Of a stretch of DNA of 64,000 nucleotides, positions 32,143 through 45,042 are shown one piece after another. The stretch comes from Nemertoderma westbladi. Taxonomy: Eukaryota; Animalia; Xenacoelomorpha. The notes beneath the pieces are model-generated. The model did no database searches. It was not told the origin of the DNA and saw nothing but the letters and a program-made list of their open reading frames with translations. The position numbers were made by a program, and so were the translations under genes. Each line of letters starts with the position of its first letter. Positions within the stretch are counted from its first letter, which is position 1. The DNA lies in assembly GCA_032718475.1 (NCBI GenBank), contig JAUCBJ010007525.1, forward strand, positions 46,063-110,062, written 5' to 3'.

Positions 32143-35100
32143 TTACATTGAGGAGTCCCTAGATGTTTGTTGGATTAGGGAGGTGGACGTGGGAAGAGTC
32201 TCTTGCCTTCCATAGTTACCGGACAACTCTCGGTCTCTTTCCAATAAACATAAACGACCAACTGGGCGATTAAGTTGTTGCGTTTCGAACACAATCCCAG
32301 GTTTCTTAAAGTTACGTCGCATGACGACGAGTTCTACCGATCGCACTAAACCATCATCGGATATATGAGTCTCGATGATACGACCTGTCTGCCACCTCTT
32401 ACAGGGAAGATCTGATTCCACGATAAGGACCATGTCTCCAGCGCTGACGTTTTCTTGCTGCGCAAAGTTGTAGCGTAGGAAGATAATGTTTTTCGAAATG
32501 GTCAGCAAAACGACGGGATAATAACTGCATAAGTTGCCAAGTTTGTCGGCAGTATTCGTCTCCGTCTGTTATTTCTGATTGTGGGGGCATGGCTACAGGT
32601 TTCTTTAGTAGGAAATGCGCGGGTGTTAGCGCTTCTAGGGAGTCGGGACTAGATGAGACTGGCATGAGCGGTCTCTCGTTGAGATAGGCGGCGATTTCTT
32701 CCATTAATGTCTGCAAAAGTTCGTCGGTGAGATACACGCGGCACGGCACTATAAAGTGAAATGCGGTCTTCACGCTTCATATGAGTCTCTCCCAACTTCC
32801 TCCCCACCAAGGGGCATCGGCGGTGTTGAAGGTCCAACTAGATGCTGTTACTCTTAGCTGATCGTCCACCTGTCTTTGATTCCAATCCTTTACGTAAGCT
32901 TTGATCTCGTTATTGGCGCCAATGAAATTTGTTCCTTTGTCAGATCTCATAGTGTTACTAGTCCCAAAACGAGCGATCTGTTGGTGTAAACTCAGTATGA
33001 AGCTGTTGGTAGATAGATCATTCACCATATCTAGATGGATCGCTCTACAAGTCATACAGACAAAGATGACGCACCATCGCTTGACTATAGTCCTAGCACG
33101 ATATACTTCAATAGGGCCAACTTACTCGTTCCCTAGGTAATTCTGCCTCTCGCTGTGTTAAAGGCCTACTAAATGCTTTCCTACAGGGTATACAGTTCCT
33201 AAGAACTTGGTTTAGAGCTCTACGGGGCTTATGGAAATAATAGCGAGTTCGAATTTCGCTAAGAACTTGTTCTCTACCAGCATGGTAAAGCTTACTGTGA
33301 ACATCTACAATCATGTTGATCTGTATTTCAAGATTTCTAATGAGTATGGGAAACTTAGTGTCAAAGGACAATGGAGCATTAGTTAATCTCCCTCCGACAC
33401 GTATTAACATTGTCTATAAACTTCTTCAATTGAGTTTTATACATTTCCTTGGCTCGATCGTTAGCCATCAAACGACGATGAAGTTGCGCGATTCTCTTTT
33501 CCGCTAAAGGTCGGTTATTCACGAACCTGGGTTCTCTCCATCGGAACGGCAAACCAATCTCGTAACGACCTTCATCTTTCAGATAACGTGTCGTCGTTTC
33601 CTGAATCTGCTTGGCTCTCTCTTCCTCGACCGATAATGCTTTGTCATAGGAATTAGGTTCTACGGCTTCTTGAGTGAAGAATCGTATGGCGTGTTCATCG
33701 CGTATTTTATTATTATATCGCTCTACCACTTCATTTAATTCATCGTTATACGTCAATTGTTCACTATGTTGACTGATAAGGTTACATAAGTTGACTTGGT
33801 TTAACCAAGTTTGGTTCTCAGTGAGGAGATGAATGGTATTTTCCTCATCATATAAGTTACACACGTCGTCGTTATCTGAGGAGTATGGAGTTTCCTCAGC
33901 TGGAATTTCTTCTTCACTTATATCTTCCTCCCACTTATTTACTTGGTGGACTTGTTCACTCGGGAGTCTTTCTTGCAAAGTCCTATGGGAAGGACCAGTG
34001 AAGTACCAACCTACTCTTGTTCTTCCCGCATAAGTCTGGAGTGGTCGCGGTCAAGCAGGCTGTTTTTCTATTGTCTCAAGCTCCTCGTGCGCATTTTGGC
34101 CGAGCAATATCTGTACCCCTGGATAATCGGTACTGAATCTAGGTATGTTATATTGCTGGGTAAAATGATCTTTATCCCAGTTGTAAGGCTCCACTTGGCT
34201 AGTAGCAAAGTTCTTTATCGCCACCATCTTAACTGACCTTACACTATTTTCTCCTAGTTCATCCTGGGGAGTGGACAATGATCCCACATAGTAATCTGTT
34301 GATACTGTGGACTTCCAAACCTGCATAATTCCGGAAAGGTTTAGTTTGGTTCGGAACTTTGGTTGACCAGCAAAGATATCTTCGGCTAGGTCCTTGTCGA
34401 TAAAAGTGCCTGTACTGCTGGAGTCAAGGAGGGCGTTCACTATTAAGCCCTTCCCTATCCCGTGGACTCTCAGTTGCACTACGGGAAACTCTCGGATACC
34501 AATAGATGATGTTGGCGCTTTTCCAGAGAGCTGTCGATCTGGAATAGACAGTCGGGGTTCTTCTCCCTCCGTTTCGGTCTCATACGTAAGTGCTCGATAC
34601 ACAGCTGTGTTGATCATATAACAGGATTCATTCTCGTCGGAGAATTCATCCGTATAGAATCCTTCGATCACCGAACTGTGGTCAGTGTCGTTCACATCAC
34701 TGAATTGGACATGGAGTTCAGGCTCACTTACCTGACTCGTACGGGTCCTGTCAAATTCGGTGTGCAGCAGAATATGATGTTTCGTGCCGCACTTAGCACA
34801 CCTTGCGTCCAAGTAACAGGTTCTTCGTTGGTGTCCTCGCCTGAGGCAATTATAGCACAACCGTTTATCCCAAATGATATCACGTCTATCCTTCAGCGTT
34901 TTTTTTTAAGAATTCATCACACCCACTCATGCGATGTGGCCCGTCGCACAATACACACTTAGGTTTGATGTTACTTACCTTAACCTGCATCGTGTTGTGT
35001 ACGCTAGCTCTTTCTTCGGGCTTCCTTCCATGAATTCTCTTAGGAGATGTAGGGGGAGTTGTTACCTGTTCTCTCCTGTCACTGGTCCGAGACTTAGATT

Positions 35101-38100
35101 TACTTACGTCTTTTCTAACTTTGTTTACATAATAAGATCTTTCGTGGTCCTTGCCACTGTTCTCGTCATATGACGTTTGGCTTTCGCAATCATCTGTATA
35201 ACACACTGCTGTTACCTTTCTCCTAGTAACAGGTTTTTCACTTACCTTACTTTCCGGTTTCTTCTCTCTAGACTGTTTTAGGAGCTGTAATCTTACCTCT
35301 CCTTTTAAGAACGACATGAGATCAGCCATGGTAGGGTCTCTATGTTGTTGATCCATCAAATAGAGAACCTTTTTGTCCCAGTGAGTACCTACACCACCCT
35401 TTGGCAAAGTTGAGGCTACGGCTCCAACAACCATAGAACTCTGGTATTCCTGAGACTTACCTAACCAGTCTAGCTGTCTACAGATCTCCTGAATCTCATT
35501 GGAAAACTCTATAATCCCGCTGCTAAGAAACTTTCAGGGCGCTACTAATTTCGCATACAGATACCTAGCTATGTTAGTCCTGTTACCATATCTGATGTTT
35601 AGTTTATCCCAAACTTGTCTCAATCTGTCCGGATGTCCAATAAACTTTAATGCCATTAACTTGGGAGGTCCTTCCAAGCACTCGATGAGGAATCTTAGTT
35701 TCTCTCCGTTGGATAGGACCGAGTTCTGTATGTTATCTTTGTAATATTCATTAAAAGGTAACCATTTCATCTCATCTCCATTGAACTTGATGACCTCTCC
35801 CACTTTTACCACTTGACGGGCTTCAGTTCTAGCCATTTGATGTGTAAAAAATTCTTTAGCCATCGTATTATTTAATACCGAATTATCGGTATATAAATTT
35901 CTCAGATTATTATCAGATCTGTATGGGATATCATTATCAACAGGCTTATAGATACCCTTAATAGGGTTTACTATAGGAGTTTCTACTTCGCTAGCAGTAT
36001 AGATGCATCTAGGCTACACACCTTGCGTATGAAATACTTCAGACCTAACGGGCTGACACATTGTTACAGGGGGTGGTGGTATACCCATTTGTATATTTAC
36101 TAATTTATCGCCCTCTAGAGCGATATTTTGTTGTACTTCTTGCAGCTCTAACCTACTCTCTCTTACTGCTCCCTTTAACAGTTGAACAGTCCCTTCCAAT
36201 TCTCGGACTTGTTTGGAAGACTTATTTTTATTGCTTTCTAGCTGTCCGAGCAACTGCTCCATCCCCCATCGTCCCTCGTCCACCCATTCAGCCGCGGAGG
36301 CGGGAGTCGCCAACGTAGTAGCTGGATGGCGCATCGGGACGATGGGAGACATTGCGTTTATTATGCCTCGCTCGGCGTCCAGGACTGTTTGGGATTCCGG
36401 CAGTTGTCTATTGGGCACAGGTAGTTTGGTACTGTGCAAAGGGAATTTAGAGTTAGGTTCTTGAAGCAAAGGGGTCTCTAGCAAGGGAGTGGCTTTGCTA
36501 ACAGGCCTAATTATTTCTGGCTCATCTACTATAGTAGGGAATCTTTCTACTCTAATAATTTGGGCTGTTGGTTCTTGATTACTCAAGTCTACATTAGCTA
36601 GCTCCCTTCTCACCGCAGGAGGTAAATTAGGTAACTTCTGACGGTGTGACGCTCTTCTACCTCCGCTTGAACGAGATTTATCACCTTTACCCTCAGGATC
36701 CGATGTATGACCTTCATCAGAGGAGGTAAATCCCTGTCTTCTGGGAGTAGATCGACTCAGTAGTTGCATCTGAGTAGCTGCCCTTTGTTTATTTAAGTAA
36801 TCTTGTTTCGCCTGAAGGTTTTCCAACTCTAGTTGGACTGTTGCTTCAGATGCCCTCTGTTCTGCTTCTGCCACTGCCACTGCCGCCTTTCTTTCAGCCT
36901 CTGCCGCTGCCGCTGCCGATGTCGCTTTCGCTTTCTTTTCAGCTTCTGCTGCTGCTGCTGTTGCTGCTATCTTTCGATCTTCTATTTGTTTTTTCTTTAG
37001 TTGTTCTTCTTGGTCCATTGTGATTAGAATGCTCTCATCAAATTTAGCCTGCTCCGCAGCTAATATTTCCGCATCTAAAGAGTCCAACACGAATTTGGCT
37101 CCCTCACTATTGGGGTAAAGTCCAGCTAGACGTCTCCGTAGCTCTTTGTCACCTATAAATCGTTGATAATCCGACAGATAGATGTCAATAGCATCCTTCT
37201 TCTGAGGTTTTTCGGATATCGCTTCGCCTTCCACATGAGAAAAGGTGGCATCTGTTGATTCTCCGTGGGTTATGCGTTCAGTTAGCTGAACCCTCCATTG
37301 TGTCGTTCCCTGGACTTTAACATTCATTCGTTGGAACCAAGTCTTTACAGCCACTTGCAACGATGTGTCTTGGCTTCTCTTCGAGGCCTCCTCAAAGGCT
37401 GAAAGGATTAACTGATCCGCAAGATACGTTCTCTCACTTGATATAGCAGCTCTCCCTGCTCTTGAGGTCCATGTGGTCGTTGAAATAGATGTTCTTCTAG
37501 TCGTTCCAAGGAGTTGAAGAATCCCTGGACATATCCCGCTGCTGACCTCTTCCATACAGCGGGGTCTCGGGTGTTCCTTACTACCCCCATTCAGTTATAA
37601 GTCTTCCCAGGCAGCTTCCGATAAGTTAAACGGGATTCCGGGTCCGGGGAAGTTCCATTGAGTCTCTACAATAGACCTTAGTTCTTCCATCGGGTATCCT
37701 GCATAACTGTCCCGGGTCGATCTCTTATTTCTCATCCAATCCGCTTGATGTTCCTCCACAGTTATAAGTACTCTAGTGAGTACGGCCCCAGGAAGAATTA
37801 GAAGTGGGTCTGGATAAACCGCTTCTTCCATCCTTTCTCCGATCTCGGGCGTTAACTCTTCAGTGTCGGAACTAGAGTTGCTACGCAGTTGGGAAATAAG
37901 TTCTCGGTTCGGGTACTGTTGTTGTTTGGCAGCAATCTCTTGTTCTCGCTTAACTTGAGCCCTAGTGCCTATAATAGACCTATCGTGCTTTACTAGCCTA
38001 GGGTCCGATACCACTACTGTTGGGATAATGTTTCTTACAGTAGGAGGGGACTTAGACTTCGGTCTGAAATGTTCTATACTTTGATCTGGGTCACAGATCG

Positions 38101-38149
38101 TTCTTTCCAGGAGAATATCTGACGACAGTGTTTGTTTTGTATCAGACAT
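32143..38149 (-). pseudogene. Decayed BEL/Pao gag-pol (RT/RNase H region deleted)
   Basis: DUF1759-like KFNGDEMKW..KLRFLIECLEG; Zn knuckles CVLCDGPH..C and CYNCLRRGH..C; protease ALLDSSS; GRYEIGLP; IRVGGRL; integrase RAIHLD, SDKGTNFIG, APWWGGSWERL, LTPAHFL, DDGLVRSV. Confidence 0.92.
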
Positions 38150-41100
38150 AATTTATTTTACAGTTGAATGCCTACTACTATAATGACAGTTAAAGCAAGT
38201 CTAGGGGAAATCAGTATCAACTGTCAGCCTAGTAGTTACCGATATCGCTACTCAGTGTAACGTGGTATATATTTAATATTAAAATACCGGTATACACTTA
38301 TAGCATATATATAAGTATTATTACAGACTAGGATCAGTCACAGAATACCGGTATATAAGTTTAGCCTAATTTATATAAAATATAATAAGCTTACCGTAAA
38401 TACCGGTAATGTCAATTATTTAATAATAACTAATTTTCTGAATTTTAGGGATTACTTCCCTTTACTCTATTACTGATATTAAGCAGTAGTTCAACTGATA
38501 TTAAGACCTAATTGCTGTATAACAGGCCTACTATTTTATAAATCTGGTTGAGTTGATTTAGAAATATATATATATATACCTGTAATGGGTTTTGACAATA
38601 TTTGAAATAAATGTTATTATTTCTGGATAAGAAGTCACTACACAGAAGCTGAACGCTTTCAGTGGAGTTCTACTTGTTAGACACTAATACTGATAATTCT
38701 ACTTAACTAAGTTACTTATCACTACAAATTACTTACAAATCGGGTTGAGATTGCACAATCTCTAAATAAACAATAAACAAGTTACACGTACAATTTTATG
38801 GTAATTTAATAAGAAATCTACGAACCAGACTAACAAGGAGTTAGAATTTCTGGTTCTTACAAACTGACAGGAAATTACGGTATTTGAAACCAATAAAGTA
38901 AGTAAGTTGCATTGTCCAGATAAGGAAATACCACCATCTGACGACTTATAGTCTTAAATTATAAGTACTACGTTATGTACCCAGAGTGTCCTATACCTAG
39001 AGGTTAATTATCGAAGCCAACCAGAGCTAACGGACCTATTAACCATGTTACAACACAACTATACTGCCTACACACTAAATTACTTTCAGGAAAGCACTGT
39101 ACTCTAAACCCTAAATTAGGTACAAGTACTTATACAACAAATAACTAGCAGTTAAATATACGTGAACAGCCAAAAGAACCACGGTATCTGCTGGAGTGAC
39201 CGGAGCACAAAATCACCAGTCTTTACCTACGCCAAGCAGCCCTGATGTAGTACCGGGGTTAATTTAACTATAACGGTATGCATAACAAGCATAATTATTG
39301 TAGGAATTAACTTGGGGAATTGTAGGTTGCAAATACTTGCATAAACTCTGAATAATAAATATTACGCTACCCGTACAGACTATTCAAATAAAACACAGAC
39401 CAAATGCTGGCAGACTACTGTCAAGCCTAAATAAACTACAGTATATGCAATCTCTGAAATGGTTAGTTAGTAGGCGTTCTAACTACGTAGTACGACTTAT
39501 TCTTTCGTGGAGGATTTACCTTACAGCACTGGATGCCTCCACCTTCCTAACTAGCACTTTATCAGACAGACACTCTACATACACTGCAATCGCCTCAGAC
39601 CTAACAACAGTTAGACAACAATCCTGCCTTCAAATTATTTATACAATCCGAGCAGGCTTACACGTCTTCTGCTCAATATTACACTTACAGATAAATAAAA
39701 CTGACAGAAATAAGTAAACCATACAAAGGAATAAGGGGTGATCAATCCCTAATCCCCTAACAGCATACAATATACAATATTTCTCAATCGAAATAATACT
39801 GGGTAAGTACTGGTTCGGGTTAATAGGCCTACAGTTTACCATCCGACTGGTACATTTGATTTTATTGCCTACTGAGCAATAAAGAAACTGAAATTTATTA
39901 ATGTTCTCACCAGAACATTAGACAAAATATATTTATTGCCTACTGCGCAATAATGAATAAAATCCATTAATGTTCTCACCAGAACATTAGACAAAATATA
40001 GTTATTGCCTACTGCGCAATAAAGAAACTGAAATCTATTAATGTTCGCGCTTTCAGACCTTTAGCAGTTTAACCTGCCAATTTTAAATGTCCTTTTGATT
40101 ATGAATCGACTTTAGCCCTTACCAATTACCTGGTGTACTGAAGTTACATCTGCCGAAGCCAGTCCGTGCGCAGCGTATGACCCACGGTGTGGGAGACTGG
40201 ATTCGGGTTCCTTAGGAAGTATTGCGGTGTAAGCTACTTTATATTATTCGATTGATCGCTACTATATAATCTCTGACAACTATATTTACTTTCGGGGAAA
40301 TATTAACAGTTCCTTGAGGACGTGGCGCTTTAAGTATAAAAACAGAGTTATGACTTATACTAATCACAACTAGATGGCCACAGAGTTTCGTAAATAGCGC
40401 ATTCTTTAGGAGATGCTTTATTAACCTTCACACTACTTCACACGACTTCACACTACTTTACACTACTTCACACTAATTTTCCGACCGTCACTGAATTTGA
40501 TCATATATAAGGAGGATTGTAACTGACACATGTAGGGATTATGAAATAGCATTTAATTCACACAAAACCACTATAATTTAAGTCGCAGTTGCTACCGGTA
40601 GACTCTTTCTCCGCTTACCTCAGTAATCAAGAAGATTGAGGGGTTTATGATTATTTATCGGTATTCTCCAAATATAACATCCATTAATATAAACAACAAT
40701 TAACACAATATAAAATAGCAGTAAAACAGTGCGGTGAACAGTCAGTATGTGTTCAGTCATATGAGTTGATGTTACGATGTGTGTCCAGAGATGGATAGTG
40801 TTACAATGTGTTTCAATGGTGATTCAGTTAATAGATTTACGTTCTTATAACTAAAGCCATCAGATGTTCCTTGGGCTAAAGTCTGAAACTTCCGTACAGA
40901 AGCACAGAATTCTGAGCTGAATCTAATTCTCAGAAAAATAATAACCATAATGCATTGCGCTAGTTCTCAGGTAGTTCTCCATTGGTATAACAGAGAAGAT
41001 TGCTCTGATTGGACGAACAAGCCAGGACAAAGAGTTCCACATACACAAAGAATCAGCTGACAGATTTCGTCATCTTGGTTCTAATTTCTTTCCGACGCGT

Positions 41101-41589
41101 AGTTGAACAATTTTAGGGCTATTTTAGAGTATTCTGCGCATTGCGTAAAAATGACTAGTTATGTCCGCAAAAGCTTTTACACAAGCACCAATCGGAGCTC
41201 GCGGCACATCGAACGGAAGCTCTCGTCACGAGCATGTGCACTGTCGCTATCTCGAGTCTTATTTTGCGCATTTGTTTGCGTGAATGCAGATTTCGTGAAT
41301 TTGGTACCGGTAGCGCGGTAGGCCTAGCAGTTCATTCTGTCACTCTACATGTTGGGTCTCGACTATTATGCTACTTTTTCATGCCATCTACGTGATGCAG
41401 ACTGCCACAAGCACAGGACGCGAAACGTCGTTATATCGAGGCGAATTTTATGCATCATTTATGTGTGAATGCGTATTTGTGGTCAAATTGGGCTATTATT
41501 CCATAACCATTTTCAGCCAAATTTGTCAACCAGCAGGAAACTCTATAACAGCGGTTGCACCAACAGTCTCAATCTGTTCTAAATGATAC

Positions 41590-42160
41590 TTTTCAGATAC
41601 GTTCCTGACCATAGACTGCGTGTTTTGGAAGACACTGATCAATCTGCAGTTCTCCAGTCTGCCGCTAGGGGGCGAAATGTCAGAAACTGAAAACCTTCTC
41701 ACATTTCGTTATTATTAATGCCTTTTAGCTGATCTGTGGCAGAGGTCTACTATACCATAGGCTGTATGTTTTCAGAGGATGCTGACCAATCTGCAATTCC
41801 CCAGTCTGCCACTAGGGGGGGGAAATATCTGAAAGTGAAAACCTTATCCCATTTCGTTGTTTATAATGCTTTTTTGCTGATACTTGGCAGAAGTCGACTA
41901 CACCATAGACTGCGTGTTTGTAGAGAACTCTGAATAATCTGAAATTCCTCTGTCTGCCGGTAGGGTGCGCAATGTCTGAAAGTGAAAACCTTCACCCATT
42001 TCGTTGTTTATACTGCTTTTTTGCTGATACTTGGCAGAGGTCTAGTACACCAAGACTGCGTATTTGGGGAGGAGCTAGAACCAGTATGCATTTCTCCAGT
42101 CTACCGCTAGGGGGCCAAATGTCTGAAAGTGAAAACCTTATCCCATTTCGTTATTAATAA
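41590..42160. repeat. ~147-bp tandem array, left part (4 units)
   Basis: CCGCTAGGGGGCG-like core at 41661, 41808, 41956 and 42103; continues after the LTR element at 55276. Confidence 0.9.
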
Positions 42161-42410
42161 TGTTAGCATATTCAATTCCGCTAGCCAGCCCCACAAAGTT
42201 GGCTTTAAGCAATATGGGGAGCACGAGGTTGATTACCAATCAACCTCGTGTCACCCCAATAAACAGGGACAACAGGCCCCAGGGGAACACACAAAGGGGG
42301 TCAGAGGTTATACCTCCGAGAGAGAGAATAACAGCAGTAGGGGGGGAAAACACTCCCAGAGAGATGGGAGGCGAGAAGTAAGTTGTTAGCCAATGGGGGG
42401 AAGGCATCCA
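42161..42410 (+). repeat. Truncated 5' LTR (first 250 bp only)
   Basis: Matches 54705-54954 with few mismatches, then joins directly to gag-coding sequence. Confidence 0.9.
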
Positions 42411-45042
42411 TGGGGCGTGCCGATGTTGCCGGCCAGCCACAGGCTGAGGGCGACGGACGGCCCACCGGAACGGCGACGGTGGGGCCGCCGGTACGACGCC
42501 GGACACGGAGGGATAAAGGAGACATCGGCGACGAGGACGTCAGGGTCAGCGACCGGCTCCGACGAGCCTACGCCGCGACCCGAAAGCAACTGAGAGAAGC
42601 CAAAGGAGGGGCGAAGATAGACGAGGTGAAGTTAAAGAAGTGGCTAGGTGAGTCGAATAAACATTTTGAATACTTAATGCGCTTTGGGCAGGGAGAACTA
42701 GCCGATGAGAGAGCGAGAGGGGTTGCCAGCGAACTGTTTGAACTATGGGAATGTAGGGGTATGGAACCTAGCGTAGTGTACGTAAGGCCATACTTAGTCG
42801 ATGCTCGGGGAGTAAAATTGGTGGGTTGGAGGAGACCGCAGGAGAGCGAATCTGAGGTTAACCCCGAGGATTCGGTCTCGTCGGTCGGAGAAAATTCCGG
42901 GAGGCGGGGGAAAGTTAGTAGGATGGGAAGGCAACGGGAGTCCGTCGTGACCGATAAGTCTGCTACATCCTCCGCAAAAGAAAGACGGGTGAGGGAAATA
43001 GATCTGGCATGCCAGCTCGATCTGGCAGCGCTAGAGAGAATTAGAGAGACAGTTAGAGGAAGGGAGTGCGTTATTAGAGAAGGAGAAAGAACTGGTTAGA
43101 GAGAACAGAGAGAGGGCCGAGAAGGTCGCGAGAAGCTTTAAGGAGTGCGAGGAAATAGGGAGGATAGAAAGGAAGGAGCAAGAAGAGCGCGAGGCGAGAG
43201 AGCAGAATAGACGTGAAGAATGTGAGGCGAGAGAGCAGAGTGAACGTGTGAGAGAGCGGAATGAACTTAAAGAGCGCGAGGCGAGGGCGGAAGGTGAGCG
43301 AAGAGAGCGCGAGGCGAGACGACTCAAGAGGGTTGCGAGAGAGGCGGAATTAGCCGATCAGAGTGCGCGGGAGGATCTGGAGAGAGAGGCAAAGGGGAAG
43401 CGTGTGCGGGATGATATACATGCCCGCCTAAGAGGGCTTATTCAATATCAAGCCAAACAGAAGCACCGACTGGAACTGGCGCAGATGGGGCTGTCAGAGA
43501 GCGAAGCTGGCTCGAGCATTTACGAGGAGCCGGGAGTTAGGGAAACGTTTATTAATACCCCACTTACAGGGACCACACGACAGACCCAGGACTGGTGTGA
43601 CCATACGGGCGGGGGGGGGGGGGGGGGGGTAATAATAATACAGTAGATAACGTTAATATTAATAGTACCGTATTGGATAATTATAACCAAACCTTTATTG
43701 CAGGAAATATTTTACCTAGTAGTAGTAATTTAAATTCAAATACAAGTAATTCGAATAATAATACTAATTTAAATAATCCGAATAATCCGAATTCACATAA
43801 TCTAAATAATTCAAATAACCTTATTTCGAACGAACAAAATGTCCCCGTTTCTAATTTAGGGGTGCAAAATAATTTAATTGATTTGGAGGATTTGATTGAT
43901 TTAACAGACAATACTGGCAGTGGTGCTATTAATATGAGCGTGGCGGACGTGCATAGCCCGGTAAACGAGGGCCTGGTAGGCCACGTAGTTAGTAGGCAGG
44001 AAGTGGCGGGGTTGAGTCAACCCAGTGAGGGCCTGGTAGGCCACGTAGTTAGTAGGCAGGAGGTGGCGGGGTTGAGTCAACCCGATGGGGGTCTGGTAGG
44101 CCACGCAGTTAGTAGGCAGGAAGTGGAAGGCCTGGTAAGCCACACAGTAGCAGAGAGAGAGGCAGGGGTGAATAGACCCAGCCACAGTAGGGTTAGTGTG
44201 GTGACTAGAGAGGGGTGTGGAGGTGAAGTGAGAGAAAGTGAAGCAATAGGTGGCGAGTGGGGGGGGGGCTACAGGAGCCCCACAATGAGAGATTAGCGGC
44301 GAGCGGGGGAGGGGGGGGGGTAGAGAGTGTCCCACAGGCGTCGGCGGATAATGCGCGGGGCGAATTAGGTGAACCGCAGTACCCGGCGATGGAGAATAGT
44401 AGGGGGGTTACGAGTATCCCCAGTGGCGTGCGATCGAGCAGAGAGAGACAGGTTGACGTTGCGAGAGGGCGAGCGACGAGACGTCGAGCCCAATCAGAAG
44501 AGGGAAGAAGAACAGTGGAGTTTAACCGGGAGGTCGACGAGAGATCTCATGACCGGGGATACTGCACTACAGAGAGAAGAAAGGAAGAGAGTAGAAGAAG
44601 TGTCATCGCGAACGATAGGAGAGCGAGGACGGATAGCGAGCCGTCGGTAGTAGAGATGGAGAGTCAGCGGGGTCGAACTTCGGGAGATTGCCGTCGTCCC
44701 GGGGAGATGCGACCTGACGAGGCGTATTGCGCGCAGAGAGAGGGGTACAGGATGTACCGGCACGAGGACGAGAGCAGTAGAGGGGGTCGAAGAGAAACTT
44801 CCCGACGGGATATACCTACCGATCGAGAATACGGTAGCCGCGGGGAGGATTATTCGAGAAGGTTAAACTTTGATCCCGAGCGACACATACAGACTGCAGG
44901 ACATACTGTAGGCCTTACTGCACATACCATAGGCCATGCTGGGAGAGATAATGTAGGCGATAGGATAGCGCGAACGACGGGATTAAACCCGGAAACCCGG
45001 AGTACATACCGGCAGGTAGGCCAGAAGTGGATAGGCCTATAG
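42411..45042 (+). pseudogene. BEL/Pao gag N-terminal region (frameshifted; coiled-coil, Asn-rich and 60-bp repeats)
   Basis: Successive ORFs 42383-43099, 43248-43646, 43673-44296 and 44257-45042; some breaks are near poly-G runs; GLVGHVVSRQEVAGLSQP repeats. Confidence 0.75.

Noticed and set aside
40519-41109. Possible 5' LTR of the minus-strand BEL element
   Set aside because: TG...CA ends can be drawn, but there is no second LTR, PBS or TSD in the window to confirm them.
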